Shown here: in pieces, positions 40,314 to 52,395 of the stretch
Numbering within the stretch: the stretch's first letter is position 1
Layout of the letters: the number at the start of each line of letters is the position of its first letter
Assembly (NCBI GenBank): GCA_951406725.2
Contig: OX597817.1
Coordinates: 156,922,001 to 156,986,000 of the forward strand
Origin: Octopus vulgaris
Taxonomy: Eukaryota
Reading direction: 5' to 3'
DNA length: 64,000 nt
Notes under the pieces: generated by a model
Database searches by the model: none
What the model saw: only the letters and a program-made list of their open reading frames with translations
Told to the model about the DNA's origin: nothing
Position numbers and translations under genes: made by a program

Positions 40314-41070
40314 TTCTTTATTACCCACAAGGGGATAAACATAGAGGGGACAAACAAGGACAGACAAAGGGATTAAGTTGATTACATCGACTCCAGTGCG
40401 TAACTGGTACTTAATTTATCGACCCGAAAGGATGAAAGGCAAAGTTGACCTCGGCGGAATTTGAACTCAGAATGTAACGGCAGACGAAATACCTATTTCT
40501 TTACTACCCACAAGGAGCTACACACAGAGGGGACAAACAAGGACAGACAAACGGATTAAGTTGATTATATCGACCCCAGTGCATAACTGGTACTTATTTA
40601 ATCGACCCCAAAAGGATGAAAGGCAAAGTCGACCTCAGCGGAATTTGAACTCAGAATGTAACGGCAGACGAAATACCTATTTCTTTACTACCCACAAGGA
40701 GCTACACACAGAGGGGACAAACAAGGACAGACAAACGGATTAAGTCGATTATATCGACCCTAGTGCATAACTGGTACTTATTTAATCAAGCCCAAAAGGA
40801 TGAAAGGCAAAGTCGACCTCGGCAGAATTTGAACTCAGAATGTAACGGCAGACGAAATACCTATTTCTTTACTACCCACAAGGAGCTACACACAGAGGGG
40901 ACAAACAAGGACAGACAAACGGATTAAGTCGATTATATCGACCCTAGTGCATAACTGGTACTTATTTAATCAAGCCCAAAAGGATGAAAGGCAAAGTCGA
41001 CCTCGGCGGAATTTGAACTCAGAATGTAACGGCAGACGAAATACCGCTGAGCATTTCGTCCAGTATGCCA
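40314..41070 (-). repeat. Head-to-tail tetramer of SINE family B, 184-bp period
   Basis: Identical junctions at 40492, 40676 and 40860. Confidence 0.93.
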
Positions 41071-41123
41071 ACTTACTTTCTGCTCCTAAAACTGCTGGCC
41101 TTGTGCCAAAATTTGAAACCATT

Positions 41124-41495
41124 ATTACCCCCACATTAGCGAAGGCGGAGGTATTGTTTTCAGTCATGTTTGTTTGTTTGTTTGTCTATGGACATGATAT
41201 CTCAAGAACCGCCGGATGGATTCGGATGAAACTTTCAAGGGGTGTTTCACCTCATAACTGGCATGAACTGATTACATTTTGGGATTGATCTGGCACCGGA
41301 CAAGGATTCTGGATTATTTTTTCTGTTTTTGTATTTAATTTTTGAGAGTGGTCAGGTTCATTTTTAGTATTCTCATTTATAAGAGCAATCAAGTTTATTT
41401 CAGATATTCTCATTTTAAAAATCATCTCTGGCTAATCATTGAGAGGACATTGGTGTTGCCTAGGCGGAGGTTTGCGCTCTCTGAGTGCTCTTGTT
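41124..41495 (+). mobile_element. Helentron-associated (HINE/DINE-1-like) element
   Basis: 5' stem ending GGCGGAGGT, (GTTT)n microsatellite, 3' GGCGGAGGT plus hairpin GCGCTCTCTGAGTGC, T-rich ends; partial reverse copy at 36431-36623. Confidence 0.6.
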
Positions 41496-42731
41496 ATTTC
41501 TATTATTGGGGCAGTGAGCTGGCAGAATTGTTAGCAGCATTTCACCTGTATTTACAATCTGAGTTCAAATTCTGCCAAGGTTGACTTTTCCTTACACCCT
41601 TTCAGGATTGATAAAATAAGTACCAGATGAGTACTAGGGGTCGATGAAATTGACTTATCCCCTCCCATTGTTATTGAAACCATTATTATCATTATTAGTG
41701 GTGGTGGCGGCAGCCATATCCAGCCCAGATCTATCTGTTTTCTGTTCAAGTGGACCTGATCCTATGTCTTACACCTTCTTTACGATGTCATTCTAAAAAT
41801 ATACAAATATAGCATTGAAATCTCAAAGGTATGTAACAATGCCTGATTAATTCAAAACAATGTGGATAAATAGACATTACATTTGGCAGAGTAATCTGAA
41901 TGCTAATGGGTTAAAGCATCTTTATAGTTTGAATGGCATTTAAGATAGTTGATATGTAGATACTCATTTAATGCCCATAAAGATTCCAATGACCTCGTTC
42001 GAATCTTTTTACACATGCCACTGGCACAGGTGCTAGTAAGGTGACGCTGGTAACCATTCGAGCATGATCGTTACCAGTGTCGCCTTACTGGCACTTGTGC
42101 TGGTGGCATGTGTTAAAAGATTCGAGTGAGTTCATTGCCAGTACTGCTTGACTGGCCCCCGTGCTGGTGGCACGTAAAAAGCACCCACTGCACTCTCGGA
42201 GTGGTTGGTATTAGGAAGGGCATCCTGCTGTAGAAACTCTGCCAGATCAAGATTGGAGCCTGGTACAGCCATCTGGTTCGCCAGCCCTCAGTCAAAATCG
42301 TCCAACCCATGCCAGCATGGAAAGCGGATGTTAAATGATGAAGATGATGATGATGATGATGATGAATTATCATCCTGTAACCTATTTTATGCTAAATTAT
42401 ATCAGAATAATATCAGTAGCATAGAACAGGATTTGAGAAAATAACCTACCATTTATGAACACATTTATTTGTTCTTAACAATAGCTGTTACAAGTGCCGG
42501 TTGAGATGGTTTGTCAGTGTATTTCACTCTGGATTGTGATGACGCAAACAATATTGTTCAGTGTAAGAGTTTGATAATGATGCTCAGTAAAGAAGTTTTC
42601 CAGGGAGAAATAACAGAGGCACATTTCATCATCATCATTGGATGATGTTGATGATGACATGCATTTACAGCCATCACAAAATATCAAGACAGACAGACAG
42701 ACACACACACATATCTACAAACACACATACA

Positions 42732-43440
42732 TATGGTGTGCAAGAGAGGCGACTGCGCTGGTATGGTCATATGTTATGTATGAATGAAGACAGCTGGGTG
42801 AGGAAGTGCCGCTCCCTAACTGTAGAAGGAACCTGTAGAAGAGGTAGACCCAGGAAGACATTGGATCAGGTGGTGAAGCATGACCTTTGAACATTGGGCC
42901 CCACATAGGCAATGACTGGAGACCAAGACCTTTGGAGATACGCTGTGATTGAGAAGATCTGGCAACTAAGGTGAGATCACAGCCATGCATGTCCAGCCCT
43001 GTTAAAAATACTCCTGATGCGTCAGGCGGTATGATATACTTGAGAAGACCTGTTGAGTCAAGTAAAACTAATATCGTAGCTGGGGTTGGTGTCCCCTGGC
43101 TGGCTCCCGTGCCGATGGCACATAAAAGTTCCGCCTCACTGGTTCCTGTGCTGGTAGCATGTAAAAAGCACCAAACTGATTGTGACCGATGCCAATACCC
43201 ACTGACTGGCTCCTGTGCCAGTGGCACTTAAAAAGCACCATCCAAATGTGTTCGTTGCCAGGCTTGCCTTACTGGCTCCAGTGCTGGTGGCATGTAAAAA
43301 GCACCAACCAATTGTGACTGACGCCAGTACCCCTTTACTGGTTCATGTGCCAGTGGCACATAAAATGCACCATCCGAATGCAATCGTTGCCAAGCCCACC
43401 TTACTGGCTCCTGTGCCGGTGGCACATAAAAAGCACTCGA
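42732..43440 (+). mobile_element. RTE LINE C-terminus plus 3' UTR with an internal tandem repeat of about 60 bp
   Basis: GVQERRLRWYGHM...EGTCRRGRPRKT, homologous to the end of the RT fragment at 32190; followed by repeated GTGCC.GTGGCA..TAAAAAGCACC units also present in the (GAT)n-tailed fragments. Confidence 0.85.
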
Positions 43441-44609
43441 TGCACTGGCATCAGATGGAATGGTTTCTGTAACTTCAAGAGTTTTTACAGCAGGTTTTTC
43501 CTGAAGATAAATTACTTAGATGTGGAGCCTGTTATATCAGACTGATTAAATTTAAAATATTTGTGTGTCTTGTTTGCTCATGCAAAAATGTTTATAGTAT
43601 GGAGTAGATTTGAAATCATAGCAATAACTGTTCTGTATTTAAACTTTGCTGTCAATATTATGTTTGAAATAAATTTCATAGGTCTCACATGTAGACTAAC
43701 TTGAAAAACTAAGATCAACTGAGACTTTTCCAAGCAAAATTCCTTCAAGTTGCGTTTTAGTCAGATATGGGCAACCTTTTTGGAGAAGCGGGTCACACTA
43801 CTACTAAAAAAAAAAAATTTTTTTAATTCAAGGTACATTGGCGTGACATTCAGAAAGAAGCGCGTACCGCTGATTGCATACGACTAATTTAAATGGAATA
43901 AGAAAGAACAAAAAAAGAAAGAATTCAAAGGGAAGTAACTCCAAATGATTCAGATTATTTTTGGAAACAGACAATAAAGTTTGGAATGAATAGTCTTTAA
44001 AGTCAACACTGAAGGAAGCAAAAAAAAAAACAAAAAAAAAAAAACTAAGAAAATACTCTTCACTCGGCAAAACGAAGGGTGATCGATATATAATGAATGT
44101 CATTACAATTTCTTTATTTCCACTCAATTGATGCTGATTATGAACATCAGTACGACTGAGGGATAACAACTCAAGGGAGCAGTGTACTTATTAAATACAA
44201 ACATGGTGAGTTGAAAAACTTTGACCAGTCGAGACTATCGAACCAGTTAGACAAAAACACGTGTTTGATCCGCCATTTGGCTTTGAAGACCGGAGCCACC
44301 CCAATCTGAATTTTATTTTAATATTGTCTAAAAATTTTGATCTCATTAGAGTTATCTCCCTTGATGTTCCTTTACTGTTTTGATAAATCTCAGTCAATCG
44401 AAAATGTTCAAATCTCGCCTTTACAAACGCGATAGCTTACTGTTTGTATTTACTGTACCTAACTCTTCCTTGAAGTATTTTTCGCCAGCTTTATAACACA
44501 TACACACACACTATCTCATACATATAGTCCAAGCTATGCTACCTTGAAAAAATAAATAATAAAAAGACGTAAACAAACGAGAACTTAGTCATGTTACTTG
44601 AAATTTCGC

Positions 44610-44860
44610 GAATGTGGAAGTACATTCATCTCTTCAGACATTCAGGAACAAAAATTTAGTGAAAAGGAAATCTCCACGTCCTTGTCTCACTTCATCTGGA
44701 GACTGTGTAATCACAGCAACACCTCACTCAACATCAAATGGAGTATACTCAACAGAGTCCTACCTTACTCACCCAGAGCCCATAATTCCCAGTTCTGCCT
44801 CCTAGAAAGAGTACACGTACTTCAACAGCCTGCTGTATCCATTAATCGAAAGACCAATAT
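44610..44860 (+). mobile_element. Penelope-like element GIY-YIG endonuclease C-terminal remnant
   Basis: STSLSHFIWRL...NIKWSIL...PYSP....QFCLLE..HVL...INRK matches the T.LS..IW.L...I.W.IL...Y...C.LCL.EK pattern of Penelope endonucleases; frameshifted. Confidence 0.7.
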
Positions 44861-45055
44861 TTCATATTGTTCTCTTAGCAGATATGCATTCTTGATGTAT
44901 TGCAAGCCACTGACTTCTTGATAATCCCTGGCATAGACCAGGTTGTATTATGCATACTACCCTTACAGAGACTACTCTCCTCCATTCTTAGAATTTTATG
45001 ATCCAGCAGACACACCCGGCACATGTGTGCCAAACATCACACTGCCATTGTTTAA

Positions 45056-45275
45056 CCCTTTTGTTACTGTATTTATTTTGAGATGCTCTGTGTTTGTTTC
45101 AATTACTTTAAATATAACAAAGACTTTAGTAAAATAACTTAGTTATCATTAAGCTAGTGTTAGGAACATAAATTGTGACTAAGGTTTGGTGGAAGATTTT
45201 AATTCAAAACTTATGAAAACAAGACATTTGTACTCAGAGCCAAAAGCCGTTTCAGCCAGGTTGGTAATGAAAGGG
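45056..45275. mobile_element. piggyBac-type MITE with TTAA TSD
   Basis: TTAA|CCCTTT.GTTAC...GTAAT.AAAGGG|TTAA. Confidence 0.8.
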
Positions 45276-46441
45276 TTAAGTGACATTTATAACCTCCAAC
45301 TTGATTTAACAAGTGGAGTGTCTTTACCTTATCATCTGTTGTTGCTGAGAGATCACTACATTCATATGACTGTAACTGACCAAAGGAAACATTTCACATC
45401 ATCCTATGACTTAGCACTGATGTCGCTGGTGTGCCAATTATCTTGCATTGATGACTAAATGAAAGTAATATCCCACCTGCTTTAACATATGGAGGATTTT
45501 CACTCATAATCTGCTGCCATCTAGTTATCTATTTCTTTACTACCTACAAGGGGCTAAACACAGAGGGGACAAACAAGGACAGACACACGGATTAAGTTGA
45601 TTATATCGACCCCAGTGCATAACTGGTACTTAATTTATTGACCCCGAAAGGATGAAAGGCAAAGTCGACCTCGGCGGAATTTGAACTCAGTACATAATGG
45701 CAGACGAAATACGACTACACATTTTGCCTGGCATGCTAACGATTCTGCCAGCTGCACCTAGTTATCACTGCATCATTGTGACCAGAACTGACCAGTAGGG
45801 ATAAAATTCTCTCTAACAAAGAACCCACTGTGTTTTTTTACCCCATTTTGCTTCTGAGTGTCCAAAGAGATGGACATACTTTTATAATGGAAGGCAAGGT
45901 TTACGATATCGGAAGAATATTATCTTCTTCCATCATCTTTTTGTTCTTCGTGTAGTTCAGGCTTGCGGTAGGTGAAGAGAGAAGACTTCAAGTACAAATG
46001 CAATCTACAGGAAAGGTGAAGTGTGCTGCCCTCAGCTACCATTCTTAAGTTGTGTGCATTGTGCAGTAGCTCCGATAATGTGGGCGCAAATTTCCTCCAG
46101 TCAGTGGTGTGTTCAGCAAGCGCTGATGTGAAGTGGCGCCAAAAGAGACAGGTCTGAGTCGGGTTTTGCCTTTACATACTGTTTTCCATCGCAAGCCTCA
46201 TTGTGATCTCGCGCATGGCAAATGGATGCAAGTGAGGTCTCGCTCCAGTCTCAGAGATGGCAATGGCTGCCACGAGATCTCATCCAATATGGCACTGGCT
46301 GCTTGTGCTGTTACCCTTTCATGTCAATGAAACTATACGTAACATGTGGAACTAAGCCGACTTCTCACTCAATAAATACAATACCAACTATATATGTTGA
46401 ATGCTATTTCTATTCCCTTTTCATTCTTACTCATGTATATA

Positions 46442-47265
46442 CAGGGTGCGGTGAATAAACTGTCATCTGAATTACACAAAAATGAAAATTTTAACAGATA
46501 TATTTACCAAAATTATATAAAAATATCTTGAAATACTAAAGAGTAAATTTATTCTATAAAATCACCATTGGCTTCAACCATGGCCTCCAGGCGATTTCAG
46601 AGTTTCCTGAAACTCTTCTGGATAGTCTCCTTGTTTAAGTTGGTGAATGCTGCCATAATCCTTGCCTTCAGTTCATCTTTGGTTATACAAGGAGTTTTGT
46701 TGGTCTTTTGCTAAACTGAACCCCGCACATAATGATCAAGAAGGTTGCAGTCTGGGAGTTAGAGGGTCAAATGTTAGGCGTGATGTGGTTGCAGAAATTG
46801 TCTGACAGCCATGACTAAGTTTGCCTGCTTGTGATGGTGTAGAGTCCTGTTGCCAGACATAGGGTTTTCCAGCACTACTCCTCCAGGCACTTGTTGTAGG
46901 CCTCTGTGTTGAATCTAAGGCCATGTGGGAAGATGAATGGAGACATAGCTTTGCCATCACCAGTGATCACTCCAAACACTATGATGCTGACTGGATGTTT
47001 GATTTTTATCACTCTTGGTACATGTCCTCAGATTGACACTCAAACACTCTGAAATGTTTGTATTGGAGCTTCCAGTGCAAATGCCAAGCAGTACAGCATG
47101 TCGTTTCTAAATTTCTGCCAGAGTGAATTGCATCATTGCTATTTTTCTCACAGACGGTGCCCAACTGACCCTACTACACTGTGTAGTCAACAAAATCGAA
47201 AACAAACAATGGGCATGCATGACATTAAAAATATAAAATGGTGACAATTTACCCATCGCACCAGG
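46442..47265 (-). mobile_element. Internally deleted Tc1/mariner element (maT-like), second copy
   Basis: Reverse-complement homolog of 5765-6587 over its length; TA flanks. Confidence 0.85.
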
Positions 47266-47525
47266 TATATTGGATATATGAGCCTTCAATGCTGGCCGTT
47301 GTATTTATTGCAGAACATTGATTAGGTGATTGCAAGATTATATACCATATCCACAATTGTTTGTAATTATGACTGTAATTTGAAGAAATACATGTATGCA
47401 TTGAATGCCATACCTGTTTTCTAAGTGGATGTTAAACGATGATGATGATGATGATATATTTCCAGAATATCCCAGAATATCATTTTGTATTTTGTTAATT
47501 TAAACCTGTATTTTTACCTTTTCAG

Positions 47526-47591
47526 GCGTGAGAGTATTGGCAAATTATTGAAGACCGGAGAAAGAATAGCTAGTATAACTGCTTTCCCCAG
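47526..47591 (+). CDS. GCLC: GCLC internal exon
   Basis: tttcag|G...AG|gtaagg; RESIGKLLKTGERIASITAFP(R), ending in the IT.FPR motif; phases fit both neighbours. Confidence 0.92.
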
Positions 47592-48412
47592 GTAAGGTAT
47601 GCATCAAAACTGCAATAATTTTGTTATGTTGTATTTATATAATGGTGCTTCACAAGGGAATTGTTTTGTCTGATTTCCTGGTTAGAGCATTGTTATATTG
47701 TATATAAGTACTGAATCAAATTCGATGACTGGCGTCCGTGCTAGTGGGGTGCAAGGAGCACCATACGAGTGTGATCATTGACAGAGCGGCGAACTGGCTT
47801 CCGTGCCAGTGGCGCTTAAAAGGCACCATTCAAGTGTGATCGTTACCAGCGTCACCTTACTGGCACTCGAGCCCCGTGCTAGTAGGGTATTAAGAGCACC
47901 ATCCAAGCATGATCGTTGCCAGAGCGGCTATCTGGCCTCCATGCTGGTGGCACGTAAAAGACACCATTCAAGCGTGATCGTTACCAGCATTGCCTTACTG
48001 GCACCTGTGCCGGTTGGCGTTAGGAAGGGCATCCAGTTGTAGAAACTCTGCCAGATCAAGATTGAAGCCTGATGCAGCCATCTGGTTCGCCAGCCCTCAG
48101 TCATTCGTCCAACCCATGCTAGCATGGAAAGCGGACGTTAAACGATGATGATGATGTGTGCATTATTCATATAGCTACAGTGTATTTGTATCTATTACTG
48201 GTCTAGTAGATAAAGAAATACACTGACTGTACATTTTCAGCTAAAGGATTGGCAACTCATATCTTATCAGTGGTATTTACTTGGTTGAGCATAGTGTAAG
48301 TGCACACTCGAAACCACTGTACTGATGCAGTGGACGTTTGAGTTCACCAGGCTGTGGTTGACACTTGAAACCATGAGGGTTACCAGGAGAAACATCAGAA
48401 ATACTTTCTTAA

Positions 48413-48747
48413 CCCTTAAGCATTTCAACTGGCCATATCCAGCTCATATATCCTACATGCTTTATGTTCAAACTGACCATTTCAGAGTGTTTGGGTGTCA
48501 ATCTGAGGACATGTACTGAGAGTGATAAAAATCAAACATCCAGTCAACATCATGGTGTTTGGATTAATCACTGGTGATGGCAAGGCCATGCCTCCATTCA
48601 TCTTCCCACACGACCTCATCCACCCTATTCTAAGAATAAACAATCACATTATTGATATCTCAAAGCTACAAGGTAATGCATGATTAATTCAAAACAATGT
48701 GATTGAGTAAATATTATGTTTGACAGAATAATCTGAATGCTAAAGGG
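48413..48747. mobile_element. piggyBac-type MITE carrying an internal Tc1/maT fragment
   Basis: TTAA|CCCTT...AAAGGG|TTAA; 48478-48618 matches 5969-6109. Confidence 0.8.
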
Positions 48748-49182
48748 TTAACCTATGTCAGAACTGATTGTGTGTGTGTATGTGTGTGTGTGTGTGTGTG
48801 TGTTTTTCAGTGAAAATCCAATATAAAATAGCACAACTTGTATACGAGTAAATATGGTAATGTCCCTGGGAAAGCATGACTGCCACTATAGTAGCTGTAG
48901 TATTACACTATAGTAGTTTAGAGCTTCAAACATTATTAGATTTAGGCACATTGACTGTGAAGTTCAACTTCTAGACAACTTGCTATTGCCATTATGGTGA
49001 ACATTTGAACACAGTACATAACTCTGCTTGTTCTAACTTTACTGACGACTTTCCACCTAAAAAGTATGTCCAGCCATAAGAACAATTGCTCCAATAACCT
49101 AATCTTACCTATGTGATTATAGAAAGATGGATGTACAAATAAATAAATAAGTGTAGACTGTATAATTATGGCGATAAAAATT

Positions 49183-49876
49183 ATTCTAATATAGGCACAA
49201 AGCCTGAAAAGTGGTAGAAGGCACGAACCACTTGCATTAGCTCCCAGTATTTTTGACTGGTACTTTATTTTTTTATCGACCTCTGAAAGGAGGAATGGCA
49301 AAGTTGACCTTGGTGGGGATTTGAACTTAAAACGTAAAGAGTCGGAAGAAATGTTGTTGAGAATTTTGTTCAATGTTCTAATAACTCTTCCAGCTCATCA
49401 CCTTAATAATAATAATAATCCTTTCTACTAAAGGTGCAAGGCTTGAAATTTTGGGGAGGCAGTAAGTCGATATCATCAACCCCAGTGTTCAACCGGAACT
49501 CATTTTACTGACCCTAAAAGGATGAAAGGCGAAGTCAACCCCCAGCTGCATTTGAAGTAAAGAAAGACGAAATACCGCTAAGTATTTTGTCCCGTGTGCT
49601 AATGATTCTGCCAGCTCGCTGCCTTTACTGCCTTAATATTAATAAGGATAATAATAATACTAATCCTTTCTACTATAGGCACAAGGAATGAAATGTTAGA
49701 GGAGAGGACTAGTCGATTACATCGACCCTAGTGCATAACTGGTACTTAATTTATCGACCCCGAAAGGATGAAAGGCAAAGTCGACCTCAGTGGAATTTGA
49801 ACACAGAATGTAAAGACGGATGAAATACTGCTAAGCATTTTTTCTGCCACGCAAATGATTCCGCCACTTCACTGCC

Positions 49877-49914
<38 letters not shown>

Positions 49915-51014
49915 CCTTTCTACTATAGGCACAAGGCCTGAAATTTCGGAGGAGGGGACTAATCAATTACATCGACCCCAGTGCTTGACTGGTACTTATT
50001 TTATCAACTCTGAAAGGATGAAAGGCAAAGTCAACCCCAGCAGAATATGAACTCAGAGTATAAAGACAAACGAAATACCGATAAGAACTTTGCCCCGTGT
50101 GCTAACGATTCTGCCAGCTCACTGCCTTAATAATAATAATAATAATAATAATCCTTCTATTATAGATACAAGGTTTGAAATTTTGGGGAGTGGGGCTAGT
50201 TGATTACATTGACCCCAGTGCTCAGCTGGTACTTATTTCATCAACCCCAAAAGGATGAAAGGTAAAGTCTACCTTGGTGGAATTTGAACCCAGAATGTAA
50301 GGACAGACGAAAATGCCTATAAGCATTTTTGCCCAGCAATACTAATGAGTCTGCCAGTTCGCCGCCTTAATAATTAATAGCAACAACAATAACGATGATT
50401 TCTGATTTAGGCACAAGGTTAGTAACATCAGCCCCTTTACTTGACTGGTACTTTAATTATCAAGTCCAAAGTGATGAAAGGCAAAGCTGACCACAGCAGG
50501 ATTTGAACCCAGAACGTATAGAGAAGGAAGAAATACCACAAAACAGTTTTCCAATGTTCTAATAATTCTGCCAATAGCTTATTGCCTCTGTCAGTACCAA
50601 GTTGAATCATGGAATAGTGTTAAAGTAACTGATTCTGAAATTCCAGATGAACGATGTTTAGATGTTCTCTTGGGATAATGAGGTTAAGGAAATCAGCAGC
50701 AGCATTCATTTTACATCAGTTTTTCTAAGATTTACAATACAATAGGTATTACGTCTTCTTCCCAGACTGTTGCGAGAGTAGTGTCCCTTGATTTGGCTCT
50801 ACTTATTTCATGACGTTCGGGCGAAATGCTTAGCGGTATTTCTCCTGTCTTACATTCTCTGCTCAAAATCCGCCGTGGTCGACTTTACCTTTCATCCTTT
50901 CGGGGTCGATAAATTAAGCACCAGTTGCATACTGGAGTTGATCTAATTGACTGGCCCCCTCCCCCTCCAAAATTTCGGGCCTTGTGCCTAGAGCAGAAAA
51001 GATTATTATCATCA

Positions 51015-51061
<47 letters not shown>

Positions 51062-51325
51062 ATCATAATCATAATCATAATCATCATTATCATCATCATC
51101 ATTTTGATGGAAGGCGGCGAGCTTGCGGGGCGAAATGCTTAGCGGTATTTCATCTGCTGTTATGTTCTGAGTTCAAATTCCGCCAAGGTCAACTTTGCCT
51201 TTCATCCTTTCGGGGTCGATTAAATAAGTACCAGTTACACACTGGGGTCGATGTAATCAACTTAATCCCTTTGTCTGTCCTTGTTTGTCCCCTCTGTGTT
51301 TAGCCTCCTGTGGGCAATAAAGAAA
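49183..51325. repeat. Dense cluster of SINE family B copies separated by (AAT)n tracts
   Basis: About six minus-strand copies in 49183-50575, then plus-strand copies in 50815-51325. Confidence 0.88.
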
Positions 51326-51384
51326 TAATAATAATAATTATTATTATTATTACTATTTTATTGAAAGCGGTGAGCTGGCAGCAC

Positions 51385-51763
51385 ACGTTTGTTTCATAAA
51401 TCGATAACACCATCCTTCTGTCCCAATAAAGTTCTGAATCCCCTTTTCGTTCGCTAACCGTTTGGCCTTGTTCCTTATCATTTTTGTAGAAATTAGTGTG
51501 CCTGAAGTTCTTGCATCTACTACCCACATTTTTATTTCCTTCTCAATTTCAGGCCAGTGTAGAGCTGAGTAACGAAGGTGATGGTTTCCTTTCTTCACTG
51601 GCTGTAGTTTATTTTCTTGCAGCCACCAGAAACATACCATTTTTTCAGTAGGAGGACGGCCAAAATACCACACTGCTACTCTGTTTCCATACTCTTTAGC
51701 ATAGTCTATTACTTGAAGCTTGTACCGAATATTCTAGCTTAACCTCTTTCCTCCTGTAACCAT
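51385..51763 (-). mobile_element. pogo/Tigger-type transposase N-terminal remnant (Brinker-like DBD plus CENP-B HTH)
   Basis: KLQVIDYAKEYGNR...WPEIEKEIKMWVVDARTSG...MIRNKAKRLA...F..TEGWCYRFMKQ; in-frame stop near the start, truncated by a SINE. Confidence 0.8.
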
Positions 51764-52356
51764 ATCTATATAGGTAAAATCCAGAAAATTTTTTTAAATC
51801 TCTAATCCATAACGACCTGTGTCTCGTGAGCAACTGAACGAAGATTTTGTGTTATCCTTCATATAGCGAATGTTACCAGTGTTGCCAGGTAGCTTTAGCA
51901 TTGCTATCAAGTGACAGTTCAGTAGATGGCAGCACACATTTTGTAAACAAATATGTAAAGCATTTAAGATGCTGTTACAGATATCGGGTAATAAAATATT
52001 GATAACAACATATATAATAATTATGATATTATCAATAGTAATCATGATGATGATAAATAATAATAATAATCTAATGTTTTTTTGAAAAGATAGGCTATTA
52101 CAATATCATAGAGAGTTAGGCTAGGCTACTAGGCTACATCTACGGGACCTCCAATGTATAATTTTGGCCAACAGTCGTAAGTTTTGAGCCTACATTGAGT
52201 GCATCAGACATGGGGATTTTTAAAGCCATTTTGGGGTAAAAAGAAAAGGTGCATCTTATAGGCCATCAGGTATGGTAAGTACCAGTGAAACACTGGGGTT
52301 GAAATAATTGACTAGTCCCCTCCCCTCAAATTTCAGGCCTTGTGCCTATAGTAGAA

Positions 52357-52395
<39 letters not shown>

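Noticed and set aside
43100-43440. CRISPR-like array of short palindromic repeats with spacers
   Set aside because: The spacers are homologous to one another, the context is a eukaryotic LINE 3' UTR, and there are no cas genes.
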